From positions 64,001-128,000 of the IMG/VR virus record IMGVR_UViG_3300044971_002537: a stretch of 64,000 nt of DNA; one strand, written 5' to 3'. The first letter of the stretch is position 1. Every line of letters begins with the position of its first letter. The translations under genes and the position numbers were made by a program. Source of the DNA: a virus. Below the pieces are notes generated by a model. It was not told the DNA's origin and did not search any database. It was given only the letters and a program-made list of their open reading frames with translations. Positions 23,265-32,509 of this stretch are shown one piece after another.

Positions 23265-24860
23265 ATGCTGCTCGATGACAAAACAATTAAAGAATTTGGC
23301 TATTCACAAACTTCACTTAGCAAGCACTCAAAAAATATGCTCTGGCTTAAGTGTGATTACTGTAGTAATGAGTATACCAATGCACACTGCCGAAGAGTAA
23401 AGTCAAATGCAATGCTGGATAAAGACGCATGTAGAAGCTGTAGGATGATAAAAATAGGCGATATTAACTTTATCAAACTTGGGGTAAGAAATGTTTTTGA
23501 GCTAAAGTCTACCAAGGATAAATTAACTAAGACAAATCTGGATAGGTATGGAGTTGAAAGACCATCACAATCTCAGGCCATTAAGGATAAAGTTAAAGAC
23601 ACCATGATGGAGAGATATGGTGTCGATAAGATAATGGATATAGACGGGGTAAGAGACAAGATTAAAGAGACTAACTTAAAGAAGTATGGTGTTGAGAATG
23701 CTTCTTCGGTTGAGGAGTTCAAGGAGAAAAGGAAGAATACGTGCAAAGAGAGATTTGGTAAAGAGACATATCTCGGGTCTGAAGATTGTATCAAGAAAAC
23801 AAAGGAGGTCACTGGGGTCGACAATGTGTTCCAGCTAGAATCGGTAAAAGAGAAGTCTAGACAAACTATGCTAGAGAAGTATGGCGTAGATAATCTAATG
23901 AAGTTGCCAGAGGTGAGAAAGGATAGGATCAAGAAATGCAGACAGACCAAGATAGATAAAGGAATATTAGCTATTCATAAGGGCAGAACCAAAAGAGAAT
24001 GGGCAGAAGAAACTGGCTTTTCTAGGTCCCGATTTAGCGTTCTAGTAAAAGAGAACGGGTGGGAATTGGCTGTTAAGATGACCCCACGAATTAGTTCCCT
24101 AGAAGCAATAGTCGAGGATTGGCTGAAGCAAGCTGGGATAGAGTATAGCAAGCAGGTAAAAATTGGCAGATATTATGCCGATTTCACAATAGGTAATTTG
24201 GCCATCGAACTCAATGGTACTTATTGGCATAGTGAACTACACAAAAAGGACGACTATCACGTTAAGAAGAGAGAGTTCTATATTGAGCAAGGATTCGTAC
24301 CGCTATTCTTTGGTGAAGATGAAGTCACTCAAAAGTTCCATATAATTAAATCTATCATCCTCAACAAACTTGGCAAGAGTACCCGCCTATTCGCTCGCAA
24401 GCTCAAAATTGGCCAAGTCGGTAAAAAAGAAGGTGCCAAATTTTTAGAGGACAACCATCTCATGGGACAGGGGCGGGGCGAATGCATCGGCCTTTATGAT
24501 GGTACTGAGTTAGTAAGCCTAATGAGGCTTCGTCGAGTCAAGGGAAACGATTGGGAGATTTCCAGATTTTGTAACAAGGTTGGCCATTCGATTGTGGGCG
24601 GTTTGAGTAAGATCCTCTCCTTTTTTACTGAGGTGTTTAAGCCCGAAGGGCTTATTTCCTTTGTGGATTTGAGATATGGGACTGGAGACTATATGGAAGG
24701 GCTTGGCTTCGTAAGGGGCAAGGCTTTTAAGAGCTTTAAATGGACAGATGGTAAGAATTTGTTTAATCGCATGAAATTCCCATCTAATACTGGCTATGAT
24801 CATAAGCTCTATAAGTTGTGGGATTGTGGTCAGCTCAAGTTTTCCAAGAAATTTATGTAA
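23265..24860 (+). CDS. Homing-type endonuclease (xxYGV repeats, DUF559/Vsr-like nuclease, Hef-like C-terminus)
   Basis: Repeated (D/E/K)(R/K)YGV units; YYADF...IELNGTYWH; WEISRFC, WDCGQ. Confidence 0.8.
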   Translation: MLLDDKTIKEFGYSQTSLSKHSKNMLWLKCDYCSNEYTNAHCRRVKSNAMLDKDACRSCRMIKIGDINFIKLGVRNVFELKSTKDKLTKTNLDRYGVERPSQSQAIKDKVKDTMMERYGVDKIMDIDGVRDKIKETNLKKYGVENASSVEEFKEKRKNTCKERFGKETYLGSEDCIKKTKEVTGVDNVFQLESVKEKSRQTMLEKYGVDNLMKLPEVRKDRIKKCRQTKIDKGILAIHKGRTKREWAEETGFSRSRFSVLVKENGWELAVKMTPRISSLEAIVEDWLKQAGIEYSKQVKIGRYYADFTIGNLAIELNGTYWHSELHKKDDYHVKKREFYIEQGFVPLFFGEDEVTQKFHIIKSIILNKLGKSTRLFARKLKIGQVGKKEGAKFLEDNHLMGQGRGECIGLYDGTELVSLMRLRRVKGNDWEISRFCNKVGHSIVGGLSKILSFFTEVFKPEGLISFVDLRYGTGDYMEGLGFVRGKAFKSFKWTDGKNLFNRMKFPSNTGYDHKLYKLWDCGQLKFSKKFM

Positions 24861-24904
24861 GCAGGAGAACTGGGGTAAGTCAATCTTAAGTAATCAGGAC
24901 AATG

Positions 24905-24937
24905 AAGGTCGCAGAAGTAACTCTCTGCGACCTTTTT
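24905..24937 (+). terminator. Terminator, diverged copy of 23175-23211
   Basis: AAGGTCGCAGA-agtaactc-TCTGCGACCTTTTT. Confidence 0.8.
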
Positions 24938-24949
24938 GCGTATTTACTT
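24938..24949 (+). promoter_or_regulatory. Putative late promoter
   Basis: GCGTATTTACTT immediately after the terminator. Confidence 0.55.
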
Positions 24950-25003
24950 ATGGAGAACAAATACGGATCTGTTGATCCGCTGTTGGTCGAATTTGGGGGA
25001 TTT

Positions 25004-25582
25004 ATGAACGGTTACGAAAAAGCTCAGTCGTTGAATTTGACCGGAACTGACGCGGAAATCGTGGCCGTTCTGCATACTTTGACTGTGTCAAACATCGCTG
25101 TAGATGCTGTTCGCGTGTGGCTCCGGGAGAATCTACTGTGGTTCCGATCGAGCCCAACAACAATGGGTGGGGCGATTCAGCAGGTGATAGAATCACCATC
25201 GACTCCGGATGAGACGAAACAGCAGCTCGGAATCTTCTGGAGTGCTGTTTTTGGTGATGGTGCTCAGAACCTGCTGACGACGGTCCCTACATGGGCTGGT
25301 CTTGTGTGGCAAATCATTCAGGGGCTTACTCAGGCCGCTCCGGATGCCGCCGCTTTGGTTGATTCGTTCTATGCTCTGGATGGTGGCAGGCCGTACAAGG
25401 AACTGACTGTTGAGCAATTTGCAGCACAAAGACAGGCTGCGGAAACCGAGGCAGCACTGACAGCAGCGCGAAACGAACGCCGGTCACTTTACGACGCATT
25501 TGAAAACGCTGTCGGCACATCAGAGCAACCTGAAAAGATCAACGAAATGCGGACAATGCTTGATGCGTTGGAGGCTGTTTGA
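25004..25582 (+). CDS. Hypothetical protein
   Basis: Start reassigned to ATG 25004 with GGGGGA RBS. Confidence 0.65.
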   Translation: MNGYEKAQSLNLTGTDAEIVAVLHTLTVSNIAVDAVRVWLRENLLWFRSSPTTMGGAIQQVIESPSTPDETKQQLGIFWSAVFGDGAQNLLTTVPTWAGLVWQIIQGLTQAAPDAAALVDSFYALDGGRPYKELTVEQFAAQRQAAETEAALTAARNERRSLYDAFENAVGTSEQPEKINEMRTMLDALEAV

Positions 25583-25583
25583 A

Positions 25584-26372
25584 ATGACAGTCTACTCCGA
25601 GTTAACACGATACTCCGCATCGATCTTTTTCGACTTTTCGGCGGCCGGAACAAAATATCAGAACACCGGAAAAACTGTCAGTGTTGCTGACGGCGATCCT
25701 GTGGCGGTGCTGGTCGGGACAGGATATGGTAGCAGCACTGCAGATGCTGTGAGGTCGACTGCCGACGCTAATCGGCCAGTGTATCGGGCCAACTTCTCCG
25801 CAAGTGGTTATCCGGCTTTGCAGTTTGACGGAACTGATGACTTGATGCTGATGAGTGCGACTGGGGCACCATCTGGGACATCATCACTTCGGTTTTTGCT
25901 TGCAGCAGTACACGCTACATCAACATCAGGTGCCAGAACGATATTTTCGCGAGCGTCTGACATTCCATCACAGGTATATCTTTCAAGCGCCAATCTTGAG
26001 TGCCAGAATCCGACGTTCACTGCCACTAACGCATCAGCAACAGGAAGGTTCGTGTTAGGGTTATTGATCGACGGATCAGCTACAAAACCGACATCAATGG
26101 TAACGACGGGCTGCGGAGGCGCTGCCAGAAAGATCAGTGCAACATCAGGAGGCAGCGGGAGTTTTTCGTTTGGTGGATACGTATCAGGAGTTAACCTGTT
26201 CGCAGGCGGAATCTCGCAGGTGATATATGGCACGATGCCGTCCACGGCTACGCTGTTGGAATTCCACCAAATTGCAAATGCACTGAGTCAGGACTGGGGC
26301 ATGGGTGATGTGCCATTATCCATCGGATCAAACAAGCCACAACACCCAATGAGTCAGCAGGTGATCGGATGA
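25584..26372 (+). CDS. Virion protein, LamG/ConA-like
   Basis: ADGDPV...ANRPVY...ALQFDGTDDLM pattern. Confidence 0.55.
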   Translation: MTVYSELTRYSASIFFDFSAAGTKYQNTGKTVSVADGDPVAVLVGTGYGSSTADAVRSTADANRPVYRANFSASGYPALQFDGTDDLMLMSATGAPSGTSSLRFLLAAVHATSTSGARTIFSRASDIPSQVYLSSANLECQNPTFTATNASATGRFVLGLLIDGSATKPTSMVTTGCGGAARKISATSGGSGSFSFGGYVSGVNLFAGGISQVIYGTMPSTATLLEFHQIANALSQDWGMGDVPLSIGSNKPQHPMSQQVIG

Positions 26373-27229
26373 GACCAACGATTCTTCACATCGGTGGGGT
26401 TTTGTATTGGACAATTCAAACGCGAAATCCAGACACGCAAGTGCTCAAGGATGCTGATTCCACGCCGTCCGTTGCTGTGCGGAAAAACGGATCTTCAGTC
26501 GCGGATTCCGTTACGATCACAAAGCGATCAGCCACATCTGGGCTTTACGATTGCTCGTATAATCCTGCTGGTGAAGTCGAGGGGGACACATATCAGTTCG
26601 AAGAGTCTGCGGCTGTCACTGGAACGACGACAAGTTCCGCGACTTACGTCAATCAATTTTCAGTTCGTGCTGTCCATGCAGGAGCAGTGGAACTGGACTC
26701 CGCTAGTCGTCTCGCGATCTGGAATACACTGACCACAGAAACATTCACAGCAGACTCATTCGGTGATCTGCTGATAATCAGCGATGGAACTAACGGGCGT
26801 GAGGTAAAAGTGACTGGGGCCAATCACATCGCTGCAGACGTACATGATGTGCAACCTGATGGACTGACTGCCAGTACAGACATTATCGCGATCAAGGCAA
26901 AGACTACTAACTTGCCTACTGATCCCGCCGATCAGTCACTCGTTGAGGCAGCAATCACAGCGGCGACTTCCCCACTGGCGACTCCTGCTCAAGTGAACGC
27001 TCAAGTTCTTGATGTCCTCTCAGTGGATACATTTGGCGAGCTTTCCTCCCCACCAGCAGCGACATCGTCACTTAAAGATAAGCTTGTTTGGTTATTTATG
27101 TGGGCACGCAATAAGGCCACAGCCACTTCATCCCAGCGTAAGCTTTACGCAGATGATACTACGACGGTGGTTTCTACCGAAACCGTGGGAGATGACGGAG
27201 TCACCTTCACGAAGGGAGAAGCCTCGTGA
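26369..27229 (+). CDS. Putative virion structural protein
   Basis: Thr/Ser/Ala-rich ORF with overlapping start/stop junctions. Confidence 0.6.
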   Translation: MRPTILHIGGVLYWTIQTRNPDTQVLKDADSTPSVAVRKNGSSVADSVTITKRSATSGLYDCSYNPAGEVEGDTYQFEESAAVTGTTTSSATYVNQFSVRAVHAGAVELDSASRLAIWNTLTTETFTADSFGDLLIISDGTNGREVKVTGANHIAADVHDVQPDGLTASTDIIAIKAKTTNLPTDPADQSLVEAAITAATSPLATPAQVNAQVLDVLSVDTFGELSSPPAATSSLKDKLVWLFMWARNKATATSSQRKLYADDTTTVVSTETVGDDGVTFTKGEAS

Positions 27230-27435
27230 TCGACAGTAAAAGGGAGCGGTCTGCCGTTCTTTCATTCGCTAGCCCCAATGGACTCCGGGAGCCCAAAGCT
27301 AGTCCAGACATATTGGACAGGGCCACATTGCTGGGTCACTACATATTTGTGTCTGGCCAAACTGGTCAAAGCGTTGTCACGATAAGGGCCAGTTTAGTGA
27401 TCAACCGTACACTAGACATAGAATTGATCAGATAA
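27226..27435 (+). CDS. Small hypothetical protein
   Basis: GTGA overlap with the upstream stop. Confidence 0.55.
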   Translation: MIDSKRERSAVLSFASPNGLREPKASPDILDRATLLGHYIFVSGQTGQSVVTIRASLVINRTLDIELIR

Positions 27436-27437
27436 GC

Positions 27438-29453
27438 ATGTCACACATAATAGCAGATAGAGTAAAAGAAAGAGTCCAGAGTCCAGCAGGTACTGGTATT
27501 TTGTCTTTACTGAATACCACTTCTGGCTATCGAAGATTTTCTTCGGTCATGTCTTCTGGTGATACTTGTTATTATTGCTTAGAATGTCCATCAAATGGGG
27601 ATTGGGAGTGTGGACTAGGCACATATTCTTCCAATAATGCACTATCTAGGACCACTGTTTATAGCTCATCCAACAGCGGAGCTATTGTAAATTTTGCCAA
27701 TCGTGTTTCGTATGCATTTATATCTTATGTAGCTTCTAGAGCCATATACCTCGACCCATCCGGGGAATTGAATTTAGCTCTCAGTGCCCTAAATGATGTG
27801 AGCCTAACGGCTCCTTCCAGCGGCCAGATCTTATCTTTTACTGGATCTGAGTGGGTGAATGGCCCAGTTCCGGGCTCGTATTCTGATGAAGAGGCCCAAG
27901 ATGCAGTAGGAGGAATCTTAACTGATACTTCAAGCATTAGCTTTAGCTACAACGATGGAACCCCATCGATATCCGCTTCTGTAAAGAATAGCGGAGTGAC
28001 CAACGATATGTTGGCCACTGGAATCGACGCGACCAAGCTCGGAAGTGGGAGCGTTAGCTCCACAGAGCTTGGCTACCTAGATGGGGTCACTTCTTCTTTA
28101 CAGGTGCAGCTAGACTCTAAGTATGCTTCTGCGAACCCGAGTGGATATCTGACTGCGTCAGTGGCGTCAGCCACTTATCAACCTCTAGATGCAGACTTAA
28201 CCTCACTGGCTTCAGCCAGCGGCTCTGGCATTTATGAGCGGTCTGGTGGTAGTTGGACCCCAGTAGTGATTGGGACTGGGTTGTCATTGGGGAGTGGCAC
28301 TCTCTCTAATACGCTGGATTTATCCAGCTATCTGACTAGTTCGGTGGCGACAGCCACCTACCTGCCTTTGACTGGCGGTACGCTAACCGGCGATCTAAAA
28401 TTTACTGATGCTACTTATGACATAGGCAAGAGCGGTGCGACTAGACCGAGGGATGGGTTCTTTAGTAGGAACTTGACTGTAGGAGCGTCGATATACGTCC
28501 CAGCCTATGGATCATCGGGAACGCCTATACTCAGTTGGGGTGGAGGTGATTTCGGCTTGTATGCGGCTACTTTCGGAGTTGCATTCAAGGCATATGGTGC
28601 TGCTGCCGCTGTTGCGGCTTTGAATAGTGGATTGATTGTAACAAGCGGATCTACTATCTGTTGGTCATCTACGTCTAGCGTAGACGGTACTAGAGATGTG
28701 TGTTTATGGCGAGGTGGAGCTGACATACTTGACCTCCAAAGAGGCACCAATGCCCAGACGTTTCGCCTCGCAGAGACATGGACTTCATCCACCTCATTCG
28801 GTGCTTTGCAAGTCAAAGCCAACACCGGAGCGGCCTATCAAATCGGTAGTGCTATTGGAAGTGCTGGCGGAACGAATAGAGCGATTACATTTGGTCACTG
28901 GAATGCTGCTGGCACATTTACAGCATCATTATCTGCTGCAGCGGACGGTTCTTTGACTTTTCTTGGTTCGTATTCGCTGGTTTCAAATAATTATAATCTG
29001 CAGTTGACTAATTCTCCTTCAGCGGCATTTGCTGGAACAGCATTTGGATTTTCTGCTTCTGCGGGACATTCAAATACCGTAGCGATTGGCACGAACTCAA
29101 CTACAACAGCCGCAGGTCAGTGCGTTATCGGTGGAAATGCTGCTGGTATTACGTCTGTGTTCATCGGTAATGGTGTCACACACGGAACGCCCAACAATAT
29201 TGTTTACAATGCAACGGGCGGGTCTGGGGCGAACACAGCAGGAGCATCACTTGCCTTGGCTGGTGGAAAAAGTACAGGATCAGCAAATGGAGGGTCAGTT
29301 AAAGTACAAGTTTCTCCTGCTGGATCTAGCGGTTCTACACTAAATACGTTAGTAGATGCGGTTGTAATAGATTCTAATAAAAATTCAACATTTTATGGAA
29401 CTATTTCTTCACCAAGTCTTACTCCTCTTCTACTATTGCAAATTTGGGGCTAA
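27438..29453 (+). CDS. Fibre-like virion protein 1
   Basis: ADRVKE N-terminus, WECGLGTY, YLPLTGGTLTG motif, Gly/Ser/Thr-rich. Confidence 0.7.
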   Translation: MSHIIADRVKERVQSPAGTGILSLLNTTSGYRRFSSVMSSGDTCYYCLECPSNGDWECGLGTYSSNNALSRTTVYSSSNSGAIVNFANRVSYAFISYVASRAIYLDPSGELNLALSALNDVSLTAPSSGQILSFTGSEWVNGPVPGSYSDEEAQDAVGGILTDTSSISFSYNDGTPSISASVKNSGVTNDMLATGIDATKLGSGSVSSTELGYLDGVTSSLQVQLDSKYASANPSGYLTASVASATYQPLDADLTSLASASGSGIYERSGGSWTPVVIGTGLSLGSGTLSNTLDLSSYLTSSVATATYLPLTGGTLTGDLKFTDATYDIGKSGATRPRDGFFSRNLTVGASIYVPAYGSSGTPILSWGGGDFGLYAATFGVAFKAYGAAAAVAALNSGLIVTSGSTICWSSTSSVDGTRDVCLWRGGADILDLQRGTNAQTFRLAETWTSSTSFGALQVKANTGAAYQIGSAIGSAGGTNRAITFGHWNAAGTFTASLSAAADGSLTFLGSYSLVSNNYNLQLTNSPSAAFAGTAFGFSASAGHSNTVAIGTNSTTTAAGQCVIGGNAAGITSVFIGNGVTHGTPNNIVYNATGGSGANTAGASLALAGGKSTGSANGGSVKVQVSPAGSSGSTLNTLVDAVVIDSNKNSTFYGTISSPSLTPLLLLQIWG

Positions 29454-29456
29454 ATA

Positions 29457-29915
29457 ATGGCTAAAACATATACAATTCCTGTAACTCAAAACATCCAATC
29501 GGCCTTCGGCACTTTGCTGAACGCTGACTCATTCAGTGCAGCCAACGGTGGAACCGCACCAACTAATACCAAGCTCCTATGCACAGCAGGTGCTGACGGT
29601 AGTATTTTGAAGTCTTTAGTAATTTCTTCAGACGACTCATCTTCGAGAACGATCCAGTTCTGGGTAAGTACAGACGCTGGAACTACAAAGTATTTAATTG
29701 GATCTATTACTGTTGCAGCTAGTAGCGGGACCAATGGAACAAATGCGAATGTGGACTTTTTAGGAAGCCAAATTCTTTTAGGAATGTGTACCGATGCAAG
29801 CGGCAAGTATGTTATTCCTTTAGCAGCCAATGCTCGAGTCTACTACTGTGTGACTACTGCCGCTGTTACAGCAGGTAGAACAGTCTACATTGCAGCAACG
29901 TTGGAGGACTTTTAA
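29457..29915 (+). CDS. Small virion protein
   Basis: Beta-rich ORF within the fibre cluster. Confidence 0.6.
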   Translation: MAKTYTIPVTQNIQSAFGTLLNADSFSAANGGTAPTNTKLLCTAGADGSILKSLVISSDDSSSRTIQFWVSTDAGTTKYLIGSITVAASSGTNGTNANVDFLGSQILLGMCTDASGKYVIPLAANARVYYCVTTAAVTAGRTVYIAATLEDF

Positions 29916-32488
29916 TGCAAAGTGGTATGTCTAACGGGGGAATGAGTTCTCCCTTAAATAGCGTACTGAGAAAGACTATTAGTCCTTCGTACGATGATAA
30001 TCCTAACCCTATCGCAGGAGCGAGCTGGCCACAGTATCTGAAAAATGCTATGGTTATTACCCCTCCACGTAGTCATATAACGCCCAATACTTTTGGTGGC
30101 TATCCAATTCTGATTATGCCTAAGCAGGGTGGACAGGTATTTATGCCTTCCGCCTTGATGGTTGGATCTCCATCACAGTCAGTTTCTAACCCAGCTATTA
30201 GATTAGGGTACGCTAGTAATCAGTGTTTTGAATTGAGTCAAGCTGGATCACACATAGCCTATTTCGGGAATGGAACAGCGGCTGGTACAAAATTGGGATA
30301 TGCGTGTAAATATCATATTAGGTCAGATGGATTCTATGGATTTTCATCTACTTCTAGTGGTACTACCTTAGCAGATGCTGACACCGCCTTGTTTCGCGTT
30401 GGGTCTGGCACCGTTGGCATTTATAATCCGACAACTCCAGCAACCGCCCAAACATTTGAGTTATATAACACTTGGACTTCTACTACAAGCTTTGAAAATC
30501 TTAGATTTAGGTCTGTGGCTGGAGCGGCCTATCAAATAGGTAGTGCTATTGGGAGTGCTGGGGGTACGACACGACCAATAGAAATTGGGCACACAAATTC
30601 AGCCGGAGCATTCACTTCAAGAATTCATATCACTGCTGCTGGCAACGTCGGAATAAGTCACGGGACTGCTGGGTATCTGAGAGATATTTTTCAGGTAAAC
30701 ACAACAAGCACGTCTACGTCGTTTGGTTCAGGAAGTATTGCTCCTCAAGGTATCACGATCACAAATTCGACCAACACGGTGAACCGACCTATCGGATTGC
30801 AGTTCTCGGGGTACGAAGGCTGGGGATTCGGCGGCATTTATGGAACTATGACGAGCGGTGGTGGCAACACTTATGGCCGAATATCAATCGTACTACGATC
30901 GGCATCAGGAGGATCTTATTCCGAAGTTTGTCGCTGGGATGAAAACGCCTGTATGTTGGTTACACCGTGGTTGAGTACGTCAGGTTCGCCATCGGCGTTT
31001 GTACTTACAGATGCTGCCCACACTACGATGACTGCTTCAACTGAGGCAACATCTGTCAACTTTAATCTATCGTCTACAAAGCAGTTCGCGACAGGAGCAC
31101 TAACGACTCAGCGAGCAATGCGGATTCAGGCACCTACCTATTCGTTCGTAGGTGCGAGTACGATCACGACAGCATCTACGCTTTCTATTAGTGGGCCTCC
31201 GATTGCTGGAACAAATGCGAGTATCACGAATAAGTGGGCACTGAATGTTGAAAGTGGTCACATACGAGCAAACAATGGAATTAGCATCGGTACTAATTAT
31301 ACGAATTCCGCAATAAATCTTGCTTCCTTTCAATGGATTAGCTGGAATAACGTGCAGTTGATTACTGCAGGAAATACGTACGATGGAGTTGCTTCGGTAT
31401 CTTTTGGTAATTGTGGGATTGATTCAATATCTCAAATTAGGCCAGTATCGAACTCGCTTACAATAAGAGCTGGAACCAACGCCCAAACTTTTAGTGTCAA
31501 TGGAACGTGGACATCATCCTCCGCTTATGAACTCATTAACATAAAAGGAAAAGCTTCTGCTAACTTCGAAATCGGCCCAGAAAGTGGGAGTGCTGGAGGC
31601 ACTCTGAGGGGCCTAACGATTGGGGGATACCCAGCCGGTGCGTCTACAATTGTTGGATGGGCACAATTCCGACCTAATACTTCGACGGGGGTACTAGAGG
31701 CGTTCTATCTTGGACCTATCGCTGACAGTACGGTGACTGGCGGAAATGCGAGAGGGACTAACTCGGTTGATTTGCAAACAGTCAGGACTTCAGCTTCGCA
31801 AGTGTGTGTGGCACAAAGGTCCGTGATTGGTGGTGGAGAGAGAAATACTATTGAAGTGTTTTCTTCCGTAAGCGTTATCGGAGGAGGGTATCAAAACTCA
31901 ATCACAGGTTTTGGTTATTATTCCGTGATAGCTGGAGGATACCTAAACACGCTCAGTGGATCTCCGTACTCAGTGATAGGTGGAGGGCGAGAAAATACAG
32001 TCACAACTGAGATTGGTATCATTCCCGGAGGAGTCGGAGCGTCTACTACTCGTTACTGCCAAGAGTCAACTGCGAGCGGAATGTTTGCTGCGGCTGGTGA
32101 CGCTCAAACTGTGCGATTGCGTGCAAGGATAAAAACAACAGACGCCACGCCATCAACACTAATGCTGGATGGGTCTGCAAAAAGATTCACGATCCCAAGC
32201 GGAAAGATCATGTTCTGCGATATTCTTGTCAGTGGTATAAAATCAGACGGCTCAGCCGCAGCCTGCTATAAGCGGAAAGTAGCTATCAAAAATGTGGGCG
32301 GAACAACATCTTTGGTTGGTACTGTTGAAGCCATAGGCACAGACATTGAAGATGACGTATTGACGGACGTAGTCATTACTGCGGACAATACCAATGACGC
32401 TCTAGATATTAGTGTCACTGGTATCGCTGGTGAGACGTGGAGGTGGGTTGCTGTGGTAGAAGGATTGGAAATAGCGTATGGCACCTAA
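29915..32488 (+). CDS. Fibre-like virion protein 2
   Basis: Shares cassettes with neighbours; SVIGGG..N repeats. Confidence 0.7.
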   Translation: MQSGMSNGGMSSPLNSVLRKTISPSYDDNPNPIAGASWPQYLKNAMVITPPRSHITPNTFGGYPILIMPKQGGQVFMPSALMVGSPSQSVSNPAIRLGYASNQCFELSQAGSHIAYFGNGTAAGTKLGYACKYHIRSDGFYGFSSTSSGTTLADADTALFRVGSGTVGIYNPTTPATAQTFELYNTWTSTTSFENLRFRSVAGAAYQIGSAIGSAGGTTRPIEIGHTNSAGAFTSRIHITAAGNVGISHGTAGYLRDIFQVNTTSTSTSFGSGSIAPQGITITNSTNTVNRPIGLQFSGYEGWGFGGIYGTMTSGGGNTYGRISIVLRSASGGSYSEVCRWDENACMLVTPWLSTSGSPSAFVLTDAAHTTMTASTEATSVNFNLSSTKQFATGALTTQRAMRIQAPTYSFVGASTITTASTLSISGPPIAGTNASITNKWALNVESGHIRANNGISIGTNYTNSAINLASFQWISWNNVQLITAGNTYDGVASVSFGNCGIDSISQIRPVSNSLTIRAGTNAQTFSVNGTWTSSSAYELINIKGKASANFEIGPESGSAGGTLRGLTIGGYPAGASTIVGWAQFRPNTSTGVLEAFYLGPIADSTVTGGNARGTNSVDLQTVRTSASQVCVAQRSVIGGGERNTIEVFSSVSVIGGGYQNSITGFGYYSVIAGGYLNTLSGSPYSVIGGGRENTVTTEIGIIPGGVGASTTRYCQESTASGMFAAAGDAQTVRLRARIKTTDATPSTLMLDGSAKRFTIPSGKIMFCDILVSGIKSDGSAAACYKRKVAIKNVGGTTSLVGTVEAIGTDIEDDVLTDVVITADNTNDALDISVTGIAGETWRWVAVVEGLEIAYGT

Positions 32489-32509
32489 TAGAACAAGCGG
32501 AGCACGATA

